A stretch of 63,537 nucleotides of DNA, filler included, from Octopus bimaculoides (lineage: Eukaryota), in the NCBI RefSeq assembly GCF_001194135.2. It is 7 parts of 6 records of this genome, joined end to end, with 100 filler letters (N's around TTAATTAATTAA, not from the genome) between each part and the next. Parts side by side here need not be neighbours in the genome. Positions count along the whole stretch, not along the records: positions 32,678 to 46,529 come from NC_068982.1; positions 46,630 to 57,572 come from NC_069000.1; 5 more parts are not named here. One strand, written 5' to 3'. A program made the translations under genes and the position numbers. How positions within the stretch are numbered: position 1 is the stretch's first letter; the number at the start of each line of letters is the position of its first letter. Of this stretch, positions 37,931-51,390 are shown one piece after another. A model generated the notes under the pieces. It did not search any database. It was not told where the DNA came from and worked only from the letters and a program-made list of their open reading frames with translations.

Positions 37931-38401
37931 ATACAAATACAAAACTGCGAAGACGGCGAAGTGGCACTGAAGTATTGGAAAGAAAACCTCACAATCTTTG
38001 TTCTTTCTCATTCACCCTTGTATCAAAGGTGCCAGACAGAGGAGTTAGGCCGGATAACGGATTAAGTCTTCCACGCCAGTAAGTCATGACAAAACGCAAG
38101 GAATTCGGAACAAATAACTACAGGCGTCTGTTCCGACGTTCTCAACAAACTGTTACACCAATCCGCCACACTTTATTCTTACTCCTACAACCGAGATCAA
38201 CTTCATCTTTCATCCTTTACGGGTTGGTAAAATAGTACCAACTCAGGACGATAGATTGACGGAACTGTTAGAGGGACGGGCAATATGTTTTCTGGTATCT
38301 TTTCATTCTGTTTCTGCTTGACAACAACGTCTGCGGCGATACTAGTACCAAGGTATATCGGTCTCATTAAGCGAATTTTCCTTTGGTTTAAATATCAGTG
38401 A

Positions 38402-38524
38402 CGTGAAGAGCGGAGACCTATATACATGAACCACAGATAGTCGTGAAGAACGGAGACCTATATACATGGGCCACAAATAGTCGTGAAGAGCAGAGACATA
38501 TATACATGGGCCACAAATAGTCGT
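38402..38524. repeat. Three tandem copies of a 40-bp unit
   Basis: GTGAAGAGCGGAGACCTATATACATGRRCCACARATAGTC x3. Confidence 0.9.
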
Positions 38525-39189
38525 CCAAGTAAATGTTATTTCCTAGTCTGGCACATACAAACGCAGATATATGGTAAACAGCATATTTCTGAAATTTTTA
38601 GCCCACTTACCTGTATGCATATGTACAAAGTAGTTACAACAATATACTTGAAAACAATTCAAGACATGGTGGTTTACTTTGTAGGAAAAAAATGACAAAA
38701 AAGAAAAAAGCTGATTGCTTTATTGTCATCAACAACTTTTTGATATATATATCCCTGTGGTTTAGAAACGAAGTTTTTAAAGACTTATCTAATCTGCGCC
38801 TACTTTAGCATAATATATTTGACAAAATGTCATATTTCGGGATGAGAATTTTTTTTCTTGCCAAATAAACACATACACTATATATTCGTTCTCCACTCGT
38901 TTATTATTGTTCTTATCTTATGTCCATTGTCCGGAAATCTTTCGTCACACATCTACGACCTCCTCAGCGACCCTTCCATCCATGTGTTTCCTACTGTTCT
39001 GCTTAGTCCATTCCTGACAAAAATTTTCATTCAAATATAATAATGAATCACTTTTACTAAAAAGTTACGTCCTTTGTTCTATGTTCGAGAAATGCTACAT
39101 TGTAAATATCGAAACAAGACAACGCGTCTGTAACACGCAATGCGAAGAATTTGACTGCTAGAAGGGTTATTATTTCCTGTTCCTAACGT

Positions 39190-40250
39190 TTTTCCCAATG
39201 AGTATATATTCTTTTCCAAGATTTATTTCCTTTCGGCACCATCTACGAAATTTGATGTGGTTAAAGCGTATCCAGGTGAATTTCTTTCAATATAATTCTC
39301 GATTTTATTTAAGAGCATTCGCCATTTTGAATCCGCATTCACAACGAACATTTAATGCATGGAAACGCTGCATATACATGGAGAAACTGCGCGATGACAT
39401 TAAAGCGATCAGCATTTTCCCCACAAATGTAGGCCAACATGTCATGAATTGTTTCCACGGTTTTTAGATTAGCTTTTTCTGCTTTTGTCTTTTAAATCAT
39501 TGAAGTAATTATATTGTCTTACAATAAGCTCAATAGATTTTTTCCCCATCAGAATTTATGATCTCTTTTGTATTTTTCAACGAAGTTTATTACAATGTTG
39601 ACGCTACAATCATAGAAGATTTCTTCTGAAGCAAAAGAAAAGAAAATGAAGTTCATTTACAGGAAATCATTTCTGCAAATGCTCACGTAACAAGGAAACA
39701 AATGTTAAAAGATTCTGTATCGCAAAAGCCTGTTATTCTGAGATGGATTTAATGATATTTTGAACTCACAGCAGAAAATAGTTTTTCAAAGATATGCTAT
39801 TAGTTTCTGGTCTTAGTAAAGTTTTCCCTTTCGCGAATTGTTGAAAAACTTAAATTTCATTTTGAAGCATTCACATGAATATTATTTATGCAAGAAATTA
39901 CAATTCTGTTGTGTCTCGGGAGGGTCATTATGCCAATAATAAACACATGCACTGGTTCTTTTTCACTTTATTTGTCAATTTTCAAATTAAAGTTTAGTAA
40001 CTATTTGAAAATGTTCTATGCCAAAATTTAGCAATTGGATAATTATTTTAATTTTCTTCAATTTTAAGATAAATCAGAAGTGTAATTTATAATTTTGCAT
40101 TTTGTTCTTCGAGGAAGTCAAATGCCCTGAAAACCATGACATCTTATTGGAAATGTGAAATGATAATGTTTTCTATAACATGACTTTGCTTTTATCATCG
40201 AATTTCTTCTTTCAAAATGGCGACCAACAGAAAACTGTGCAGTGTGCCTT
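39190..40250 (-). mobile_element. Decayed hAT transposase remnant
   Basis: Minus strand RCECGFKMANALK near 39310-39346 resembles the CERGFS.MN.IK dimerisation motif; extent uncertain. Confidence 0.4.
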
Positions 40251-41801
40251 AAGCAAAGTTTTTACTTCTTTTAATATTGGAAGTGAATTCTATGCTATAT
40301 CTTCAAGATATATGTCATAGTGCTGCATTAGATAAGGAGCAATATGTATGGATAAACTACATTGTTCCAAGTTCGGTCCCATTGTGTGGTGCATGGGCAA
40401 CTATCTTTTGCTAAACTTCGATTTACTGTTGTTATCCGTAGATTTACTGTTGTTATCCGTAGATTTATTGCAGGAACTTCGTAGTGGCGGTTGGGGTAAC
40501 AGTATCAATAAAATAGGGGATGGAATGTGTAATAGACTTTATTGGGTACAACAAATGTTTCAACCCGTTCTGGGTCTCTTCAGGTACATCAATAAAAAGT
40601 CTCACTAGAGATTTCTTGACTCGGTTTACGTACTGTTATATGTCCATCAAATTCGAGAATGAGTAAAATCAGAGAAAAATTATTGAAACGCAAAAAATTC
40701 AAATATGAACGTGGAAAGAATGCATTCTAGTTTAGAGAAAATGGCGTAATGAGTTTTCGCTGTTGTAACTGTTAAGAGAAAGAAAAGGAAGTAGTAGTTG
40801 AAAGAAAGATAATACTTAGACGAAATTTTTTTCTGTTCGTGCTTAGACGCNNNNNNNNNNNNNNNNNNNNNNNNNNNNNNNNNNNNNNNNNNNNNNNNNN
40901 NNNNNNNNNNNNNNNNNNNNNNNNNNNNNNNNNNNNNNNNNNNNNNNNNNNNNNNNNNNNNNNNNNNNNNNNNNNNNNNNNNNNNNNNNNNNNNNNNNNN
41001 NNNNNNNNNNNNNNNNNNNNNNNNNNNNNNNNNNNNNNNNNNNNNNNNNNNNNNNNNNNNNNNNNNNNNNNNNNNNNNNNNNNNNNNNNNNNNNNNNNNN
41101 NNNNNNNNNNNNNNNNNNNNNNNNNNNNNNNNNNNNNNNNNNNNNNNNNNNNNNNNNNNNNNNNNNNNNNNNNNNNNNNNNNNNNNNNNNNNNNNNNNNN
41201 NNNNNNNNNNNNNNNNNNNNNNNNNNNNNNNNNNNNNNNNNNNNNNNNNNNNNNNNNNNNNNNNNNNNNNNNNNNNNNNNNNNNNNNNNNNNNNNNNNNN
41301 NNNNNNNNNNNNNNNNNNNNNNNNNNNNNNNNNNNNNNNNNNNNNNNNNNNNNNNNNNNNNNNNNNNNNNNNNNNNNNNNNNNNNNNNNNNNNNNNNNNN
41401 NNNNNNNNNNNNNNNNNNNNNNNNNNNNNNNNNNNNNNNNNNNNNNNNNNNNNNNNNNNNNNNNNNNNNNNNNNNNNNNNNNNNNNNNNNNNNNNNNNNN
41501 NNNNNNNNNNNNNNNNNNNNNNNNNNNNNNNNNNNNNNNNNNNNNNNNNNNNNNNNNNNNNNNNNNNNNNNNNNNNNNNNNNNNNNNNNNNNNNNNNNNN
41601 NNNNNNNNNNNNNNNNNNNNNNNNNNNNNNNNNNNNNNNNNNNNNNNNNNNNNNNNNNNNNNNNNNNNNNNNNNNNNNNNNNNNNNNNNNNNNNNNNNNN
41701 NNNNNNNNNNNNNNNNNNNNNNNNNNNNNNNNNNNNNNNNNNNNNNNNNNNNNNNNNNNNNNNNNNNNNNNNNNNNNNNNNNNNNNNNNNNNNNNNNNNN
41801 N

Positions 41802-41862
<61 letters not shown>

Positions 41863-42329
41863 AATATATATATATGTATGTATGCATATACACACATAAA
41901 AACACGCCTGCATACACGTATACACATATTCAAACTAATATATACATACACCTACAAAAACGCAAGTGCACACACGAATATGTAGACAGGTTTATGTATA
42001 CGCACACAAACATACACACACACACACATATATATACTCACATACAGACATACGCGTACACATATATGCATACATACACATACATATATACATATACATA
42101 TATGGATCTAGATTGCAAGATCATATGTCAAATACAAGTTATTGGAATATGTCTGTGTTCCTCTTTGTGTCTGTATTTGCCCACCTCCCACCGCTTGACA
42201 ACTGGTGTTGGTGTGTTTGCGTCCCTGTAACTTAGCGTTTCTGTAAAAGAGACCGCTAAAATAAATATCAGGCTTAAACAATTCTACAAAGCGGTGCCCC
42301 AGCATGGCCCCGATCCAATGAGTGGATGA

Positions 42330-43250
42330 AGTAAAATATAAATGATTACAGAAGCACTTCTGAAATAAACATCACCATTTTTAATAATCTGTCTTTAAAT
42401 CCTTGAAATCTTTGGTCACATTTCTTAATTGATTCTGCATTGAAAGACTCAAATTTTAAAATTCCTCTAAAATGTGTCGACGAGTTTTCAGTGGTTGTTT
42501 TCCTCCATTTAAAATACAAGAAAGGCATTTTACCAAAATGTATAATATTTTGATTTCTGAATTTCCGGCATAATTTCTGTATGAGTGAATGCTGCTATTT
42601 GTTGTATTTATTGATTCTAAAAGCTCAAAAGCATACTATTTACTACATCAGCCCGTTGGCAAAGGTACATATTCAGCCATATTGTCATGACTATATTGCT
42701 CCGAGTTCATTGAAGCGTGTTCTTGTATTACAAGTAACATATTGTCTATAAGAGTTTTTACTTCATTTGTCTTTGAAGCCTTTTCAATATCTTCACTTAT
42801 GTTCTCTCTTTATATAAAATTTCCTGAAAAAGTACTTTTAATGGTTGAATAATTCTGCTTCTAACAATTTCTCCGGCAGAAATATGCTACTTCTGTGATA
42901 AATGCCTTTTGAAATAATCTAATTCCACACCTTACCATTTATTAGTAAGCAAGAAACTTCTACGTCACTATAAATTTTACAGACTAAACCTTGGCTTCTA
43001 TTGTATTGGAAGATTTCTAACAATTGGATTAGTGTACAATTCTTAGATTTTAGTCTACTTTAACTTGTAAGTTATTCTAATCTTTAAGTCGAAAGCACAG
43101 CAATTCTGATGTTATGCTGTTAGTTTTGTTTGGGTCTGGCCCCATTATGGGTCAGTTGATTCATTATTACGCCTATTTCTATAGTTTCTATGTTGGAAAG
43201 CAGAAAAAGATATATTATGTATATCATTTTTATTAACCATTTCGAAATTC
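42330..43250 (-). mobile_element. Decayed hAT-like transposase remnant
   Basis: Minus strand EIMPEIQKSKYYTF near 42535-42580 resembles I..EI.KAKYFSI..DE; heavily disrupted. Confidence 0.4.
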
Positions 43251-43549
43251 TGTTGAAAATAGTTAGAGAAGATAAAGTTTATTTCGATAAAATTTGAATA
43301 ACTTCAGCAAGTTACCAAGTTTGTGTGGAAAGTTAACATAATTCCCGCCAAATTTATTTGCAGTTATTATTCAGAAGGAAAAACAGAATGCTTTACATTA
43401 CACACCCTGAGTTCAAATCCAGCATAAGTACACATTGCTTTTGATCCTTATAGGTGTAGATAAATTAAGTACCAGTGAAACATTAGGGTCAATGTAATCG
43501 ACTATCCGCTTCACCCAAATTTCAGGCCTTGTGCCTGTAGTAGAAATTA

Positions 43550-43602
43550 CTCTTCTTCTTCTTCTTCTTCTTCTTCTTCTTCTTCTTCTTCTTCTTCTTC
43601 TT

Positions 43603-43635
<33 letters not shown>

Positions 43636-43640
43636 ATTAT

Positions 43641-43725
<85 letters not shown>
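43550..43725. repeat. Compound trinucleotide microsatellite (CTT)n-(ATA)n-(ATT)n
   Basis: Directly visible; (AAT)n followed by (ATT)n is self-complementary. Confidence 0.95.
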
Positions 43726-43728
<3 letters not shown>

Positions 43729-43839
43729 TAGTTTTATTTTTATAACGTGCTTTCACTTCACTACCGAGCGCAGCTCTGTGCGCCTTGGGTATGTGCTGTG
43801 GTTTGCTGTGGTGCTCTTATGTTTACTGTATTGAAAGTG

Positions 43840-43842
<3 letters not shown>
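43726..43842 (-). mobile_element. Probable extreme 3' end of an R4/Dong-type LINE embedded in (AAT)n
   Basis: Minus strand: AAACACTTTCAATACAGTAA (TLSIQ*), a short UTR ending AAAATAAAACTACTG, then (AAT)n. (ATT)n on both flanks. Family assignment is from recalled similarity. Confidence 0.5.
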
Positions 43843-43898
<56 letters not shown>

Positions 43899-44697
43899 CA
43901 TTATTTGACTCTCGTATTGTGAAAACGTAGCTTTTCTTCTCTCTTCCAAATGTCTTCTGTAGTACTTGCGAAAAAGAAGCCTGCCCTCAATATTCAGGTA
44001 TATATAAAAAAGAAATATTTTACAAACTTGCAAAATCTGCTTATATGTAATTCACATCCAAAATAGCAACCGAACATAAACATGTAAAAAAACTGAAGAG
44101 ATATGTCTGTCTGCCTACCTGCCTGCCGTCTGTCTGTCTGTCTGGCTGTCTGTATGTGTGTATGTGAGTCTGTTTTTCTGTCTATCTGTCTCTCTGCATG
44201 TCTGTCTGTCTGTCTGTCTGTCTGTATGTATGTATGTATGTATGTATGTATGTATGAATCTATCTATCTTTCTAGCTAGCTAGCTATCTCGTTTGTTTAT
44301 ACCAGTCTAACTGCCATCAAATACATACGATATTAAATGTGTATGATATCAGATATAATATCAAAAACTTGTTGCTTTATCGTATTTTGTCAAATATGTA
44401 CATTGAAAATGATTTTAGTATTTGTAAGGATATTCAGAGAGTCTTTCTTATTCGTATTTTCGTCGTTGTGTAATAAGTTAATGGCAGTTGGAAATGAGAA
44501 GGAAATGAATACGTGAATATATTTGAACGTGTAGACAGGAAATAGATTGAAAGGCAATTGCAGTGAATGAGATATGTAGGGAGTAAAGGATTCAAAACGA
44601 GGCAGCTGTTTTGAGAATCCGCATTGGAAATATTTAACAAGGACTGGAATTGTAAAGCTTCATTATTTTTCCAGACTGATCAATGAGGTAGTTTTGA

Positions 44698-44805
<108 letters not shown>

Positions 44806-46268
44806 TAACTATGTTTGTATGTATTAGATTTAAGTCTATTGAAATAATGGTTATCACTATATTTCGCTACTCCTCAGCAATTTATTTTATTTTTCAAATA
44901 TTCCGCGTCTTTTTTTCGATAATTCCAGGTATTTATTTTCTCTGAAATTCCATTTACACACTGAATTAGGCAATTTGTTTCGTGTTGATTACACGGATAT
45001 ACTTCAATAATCTAGGGATTACAATGGAAAAATTATTCACTAATTAGAATAATAATTACAAACGAAAGAAATTACGTAAACGAAACAAATAAATTTACAT
45101 TACACGACGAGCAACCGATAAGAATTTTACCATGAACTTAAAAGATTAAAAAGATAATATTTAAAGGTGCAAAATGCAAACGTTTAATATAATATCAGTA
45201 ATTTATAAAATACCTACAATAGTTCTTGTCGAAAACGACGGGGTTCATATATAAATCTCTGAACGAGGTTTAAATAGTAGCTGCACGACAACGTGAAGTA
45301 TATCTGTCACTTAAATGTGGCTAACCTCTAAGGGTGGATGCTACTGTAGCTTGTAGCCCCAGGAGAATACCTCCTCCAGCTGGCTATTGACACTTTCTGT
45401 ACCCTATCAGTATTTGCAAAGGGAAGCCATCCTTCCCATCGTCGACCTCGTTGAGAGATTTAGAAATAATAATATTTCTATTTATTAGATCAGTGACTGC
45501 GTGCCACTTTGAAAACTATATATTCGAACAGGAATTTAGCATCGCCATCTCTAACCATGCAGTTATTCTCTGCTGACGAAGTGATATAACCAATAACCAC
45601 GGTACGCAGATATTACTTTATGCTGAGTACTGTTACTGAATGTCTCTCGTCGAGAGATTTAGAAATAATACTATTTCTATTTATATATACTTTCTGTTGT
45701 GGTTTAACAATGCTACCAATAATTTCAGGAGAAAAATTTCGCAAGCTTTTGAAGTTTCACTTAGTTATATTGGTAATCCGTTTCCATGTTGGATTGTGTG
45801 TCCAATATAGTTTAATTCCACCATATTATTTCTAACGTAGCGCCATAACCATACACTTGTGGCGATAGTTTAATCTTTTATATGGACTGTAGATCTTGAC
45901 AAGTTCCTTTTTATTTTACTGACCACGCAACGAGGAATGACGAAGATGACCGCAGAAAGTTTTTGAATTAAGAAGGTAAAATGCCGGAGACAAATATCAC
46001 CATGTTGCTAACGTTGTTGATTATCTCAACCAAACAGCGAGTTTTTAAAGCTAAATACAGAGCATGTATAAGTTGTGTGATATCGTTGTGAAACACAAAG
46101 GAGTGTAATTGAGATTGATTGTTTTTAACAGAGCGGAGATACGAAGTTATATTTGTAATAAGATAGTTCACTGTACTGCTTACCATAAGAAATACATATG
46201 CGTATATACATGAATGCACGCACACACACGCATACATACGCAGACACATACATATATATAAGTATGTG

Positions 46269-46312
<44 letters not shown>

Positions 46313-46487
46313 TACATATAGATAAATATGCGTACACACACATGCGTGCATACATATATATATGTATGTATTCACAGACATAGATATACATGTATATTTA
46401 TATATATATGTGTGTGTATGTATATATGTATGTATTTGTGTATGTTTATATCTATCTATCTATCTATCTATCATCTGTCTTCCTCCT

Positions 46488-46529
<42 letters not shown>

Positions 46530-46629
46530 NNNNNNNNNNNNNNNNNNNNNNNNNNNNNNNNNNNNNNNNNNNNTTAATTAATTAANNNNNNNNNNNNNNN
46601 NNNNNNNNNNNNNNNNNNNNNNNNNNNNN

Positions 46630-46975
46630 TGTGCGGGTGGCACATGAGATGCACCATTTTGAGCGTGGCCGTTGCCAGTACCGCCTGACTGGCTCCTGTA
46701 GGATTTTCGAGCGAGATCGTTGCCAGTGCCCCTGGACTGGCTTGTGCGGGTGGCACATAAAAGACACCATTTCGAGCGTGGCCGTTTTCGTGCGGGTGAC
46801 ACGTAAAAGCACCCACTACACTCTCTGAGTGGTTGGCGTTAGGAAGGGCATCCAGCTGTAGAAACTCTGCCAAATCAGACTGGAGCCTGGTGTTGCCATC
46901 CGGTTTCACCAGTCCTCAGTCAAATCGTCCAACCCATGCTAGCATGGAAAGCGGACGTTAAACGATGATGATGAT
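46630..46975 (+). mobile_element. Repeat family D (SINE-like, RTE-type (GAT)n tail), young copy
   Basis: Internal subrepeats GTGCGGGTGGCAC, block GGTTGGCGTTAGGAAGGGCATCCAGCTGTAG, end GGACGTTAAACGATGATGATG. Confidence 0.8.
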
Positions 46976-47029
46976 ATACATATATACATATATACATACA
47001 TATATATGTATATGTATGTGTATATATCT

Positions 47030-47230
47030 ATGTCTGTATTTTTGTGTCTGTGTTTGTCCCCCCACATCACTGCTTGACAACTGGTGTTGGTGTGTTTACA
47101 TTCCTGTAACTTAATGGTTCGACAAAAGAGACCGATAGAATAAGTACTAGGCTTAAAAAATAAGTCCTGGGATAGATTTGTTCAAATAAAACCTCCCAAG
47201 GCAGTGCTTCAGCATGGCCACAATCAAATG
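47030..47230 (+). mobile_element. SINE family A, 3' half, CpG-decayed
   Basis: TTGACAACTGGTGTTGGTGTGTTTACATTCCTGTAACTTAATGG versus the CpG-containing consensus. Confidence 0.8.
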
Positions 47231-47263
47231 ACTGAAATGAATAAAAGAATATATATATGTGTG

Positions 47264-47643
47264 TGGAAGTGCAATGGTCCAGTGGTTAGATCAGCGGACT
47301 CATGGCCGTAGGATCGCAGTTTCGATTCCCAGACAGGGTGTTGTGAGTGTTTATTGAACAAAAACACCTAAAGCTCCACGAAGCTCTGGCGGGGTGGTGG
47401 TGGCGAACCCTGCTGTGCTCTTTCACCACAACTTTCTCTCACTCTTACTTCCTGTTTCTGTTGTGCCTGTAATTCAAAGGGTCAGCCTTGTCACACTGTG
47501 TCACATTGAATATCCCCGAGAACTATGTTAAGGGTACATGTGTCTGTGGAGTGCTCAGCCACTTGCATGTTAATTTCATGAGCAGGCTGTTTTGTTGATC
47601 GGATCAGTTGGAACCCTCATTGCCATAACCGACAGAGTGCCAC
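47264..47643 (+). mobile_element. SINE family C, partly CpG-decayed
   Basis: Colinear with the reverse complement of 18104-18482. Confidence 0.85.
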
Positions 47644-47647
47644 GACG

Positions 47648-47715
<68 letters not shown>

Positions 47716-48460
47716 CGATGGGTTGTTTCAGTTTTGGTCTTCCAAATCCACTCACAAGGCTGAAGATACTTACCTAAAGTGCCACACACATGGTTCAGAA
47801 GCAAATTTCTTAACCACAGAGTGATGCCTGTAACTCTAAATAAAACTTAAACATGGTACTTCAAGCTAATACAATTTTTTATCAGTAACCATTTGTAATA
47901 CTCAATGTTGTAAGTATTTGGTTTGTTGATTATAATTTTTTGAGAGCTAGACAAGTCTGTGTGGTTGTATGCACACTATATCTTCTCTTTTGTTATGGAT
48001 ATGTTAAATCTAATCAACGCTCAAGTGTTGCTTGTTGTTGCTTGTTAACTTAGAATCTTCTTTGCAGCTCACTGCCAAGCAATGATCACAGCCGTTGTCA
48101 GATCTCTAATACATGACCTATGTTAGTGCATCAGTACTGTTGTAGGTAAACCAATCTCACACCACATGTCATTGTCATTCATCTATTTGCTTTCTTGATG
48201 CTATTCACTGGTATTAGCATGATTGGAACCCAGCACTCTGCATGCATCTGTGAATTGTTTGCTTTGTGCAGTCAGTAGCATGCAGTGTCAGGATGGCAAA
48301 TGATGTTAGCAGCCCACATAACTATGATGTATGTCCACTGTTGGTTACAATATGTGTATGTGTAAATGTGTTTGTGTGTATGTATATATGCAAGTATGCA
48401 TGTATATACAAGTATATGCATGAGTAGATATGCAGCTATATTATATATATTATGTGTGTG

Positions 48461-48815
48461 TGTTGGGCCTCATGGAGGCAATGACCGAGACCATTGGCAT
48501 TATGACGTGCTTGAGAAGACCCATCAAGGTGAGCAAAATCACAGCCGTGGCAGATACTAGAGTCACACAAATTAGCACCCTTACTGGTGGCACATAAATG
48601 CACCCTGGTGTCACACAAATGGCACTTGTGTTGGCGGCATGTAAAAGCACCCATTACACTCTCAGAGTGGTTGACGTTAGGAAGGGCATTCAACCTTAGA
48701 AAACCATGCCAAATCAGACTGGAGTCTGGTGCAGTGTTCCAGCGTGCGAGCCCAGTCAAGCCATCCAACCGATGCCAGTATGGACAATAGACGTTAAATG
48801 ATGATGATGATGATG
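48461..48815 (+). mobile_element. Repeat family D
   Basis: GAGTGGTTGACGTTAGGAAGGGCATTC...GGACAATAGACGTTAAATGATGATG. Confidence 0.8.
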
Positions 48816-49049
48816 TGTGTGTGTGTTTATGTTGTCCCTTTTTTTGTATCACCTAACTGTCTGGATATTTTGCGTTCTTGTCCCATTTTGTATTTTATAT
48901 ATATATGTATATATACAGAGAGAGAGAGTGAGAAAAGTGTATAGACATCTTTGAAGAAAACCTTTTTATTTTTCATGATGTAATTGATTTGTTCATCAAT
49001 AAAAAATGTGTCTGAAAGTAGTGGACATCAGCCCATTTGTGTTACTATA

Positions 49050-49103
<54 letters not shown>

Positions 49104-49769
49104 TTTCTACTATTGGCACAAGGCCTGAAATTTTGGTGGAGGGGGCTAGCCAGTTACATTGACCCCAGTAGTTGATTGATACTTATTTTATAAACTTCTG
49201 AAAGGATGGAATACAGGGTCAACCAGAACGTCAGACTGGTAGAAATGCCACTAAACATTTTTCCTGATGTGCTAATAATTCTGACAGCTTACCTTGTGTA
49301 TGTGTGTGTGCGTATGTGTGTGCATGTGTGTCTGCCTATGTATGCTTGTGTATTTATATTGTTTCGATTAATATTAGAATTTAAAGAAGCCATTACAAGC
49401 GAGAATGCTAACTTTCCAGCTGACTAACAACACATGTTCTGGTGTATCCAAAAATATTTAAATTGATTCTCGTTAACTAATCTGTTAATTCTTTTTCCAT
49501 CACTCCCACTCTTTCACCCTCTACTCCTGTTTTTTCTCTTCTTTTACTGATTTTTTTAAATATTTATCTTACTCTATTTCTTTCTCTTTTCTCCTCTACC
49601 TATCTCTCCCACTCTATCGTTTTCTCTTTCACTCTTCAAATTGTAGCCTTGCACCAAATTTAGAAATCGCTATTTTCAAGACTGAATGGCACAATTAGTA
49701 AAGTTGCAAACAAACTTCGTTGCATGACCTCATTATATCTCCTTATGTACTGAGATCAAATAACACCGA

Positions 49770-50140
49770 GGCTGATTATTGGGCCCCATGAAGGCAATGA
49801 TAAGTAACCAAAACCTTTGGGGATATGCCATGCTTGAGAAGACCTGTCAAGTCAAGTGAAATTGTAGTCCTGGCTGATGCCAGTGTTGTATCACTAGCAC
49901 CCGTGCCAGTGGCATGTAAAAAGCACCCATTACACTCTTAGAGTGGTTGGTGTTAGGAAGGGCATCCAGCTGTAGAAACCATGCCTAATCAGATTGTAAA
50001 CTGGTGCAGCTTTGTTGTTAGGAAGGGCATCCAGCCGTAGAAACCATGCCAAATCAAATTGGAACCTGGTATAGCCCTACAGTTTACCAGTTTCGGTCAG
50101 ACCATCTAAGCCATGCTAGTGTGGAAAGCAGACACTAAAC
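49770..50140 (+). mobile_element. Repeat family D with internal duplication of the AGGAAGGGCATCCAGC block
   Basis: The block occurs at about 49955 and about 50020. Confidence 0.75.
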
Positions 50141-50917
50141 ATAATTAATTCTCTCCAAAACATGTAGCCTTGTAGAAATTTCTATTGAGCTAGCAGAATC
50201 ATTATCATGTCAATCAAAATGCTTAGTGGTGTTTCATCTGTCTTTATGCTTTGACTTCAAATTCTGTTGAGGTCAACTTTACCTTTCATCCTTTCAGGGT
50301 TGGTAAAATAAAAGACTAGTCTAGCACTGATGTCAATGTAATCAACTACACCAATGTTTTCCAACCATTTTTTAACCTATGGGCCTTTTTGATTCCTATT
50401 TTACTCAGATGGACCCTTGGAACCTTGCAGTGTCTAAATTTCATTCTTTTGAGTTCAAATCTGAGTTCAAATCCCACCAAAGTTGACATTCCTTTTCAAT
50501 ATTCTGGTATTAACGAAGTAATTAACCAAATGAGTAGATCAAATAAATTTCAATAATATAAGGACTAACTTCGACATTCTGCTGAAAATGTGTGCAAAAA
50601 GAAAAAAAATAGAATATTTATGATTATCATTAATATGAGTTCAAGTGTTCCTGAATCTTAATATATTGAACTTTGTGTAAGTTCAATAAATAGCAGATCC
50701 GTTAGCTGATAGCAAGAAATCAAAGTTCACATAATGTTAAGAGATTCTTGAGGGTGTATAGTTAGTGAACTTCAGGTCTATCATTCTTTATCTCAGATGA
50801 TTAATATATTCCTTGTTCTAGAATTATATAACTTATAACGGAGACATGCAAGCAGATTGTAAATTATTGTTGTAGACATATTCTCTTCCACATATCATCT
50901 TGATACATGCAAGCAAC

Positions 50918-51390
50918 AGATGTCAACTGGTGTGACATAGTTTGTAGATATCTCACTGAAGGATAACTACTGTCAACTGGACAAACACATTTTGTAGATG
51001 TCTACTGGACAGACACTGTTTCCAGATTTGGAGTTGACTAACAGTTTGTAAATTGTCAATGGCACAATTGCAGGCTGTAGATGTTGACTGGATAGACACA
51101 CTCTACAGATGTCAACTGGACAGACACACTCTGTACATGTCGACTGGACAGATGCACTCTTCAGATGTTGGTTGGACTGATGCACTCTGCAGATGTTGAC
51201 CTGACAGACACATTCTGTAGATGTCAACTGATCAGACAAACTCTGCAGATGTCAACAAGACATACACACTCTGCAGGTATTGACTGGACATAGGCACTCT
51301 GCAGATGTCAACTGAACAGACATTCAGCAGATGTCAACTGGACAGACATACTTTGAAGATGTCGACTAAATAGTATCTGAAGTTGTCAAC
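50918..51390. repeat. 28-bp minisatellite (about 14 degenerate units)
   Basis: Consensus AGATGTCAACTGGACAGACACACTCTGC repeated with GTCAAC, GTTGAC and GTCGAC variants. Confidence 0.9.

Noticed and set aside
37955-38000. GEVALKYWKENL / AKWH* resembling the synaptotagmin C-terminus
   Set aside because: Directly follows a SINE tail, has no splice acceptor, and the two motifs are in different frames and the wrong order.
38402-38524. CRISPR-like array (also considered for 50918-51390)
   Set aside because: Head-to-tail tandem units without unique spacers, in a eukaryotic genome with no cas genes.
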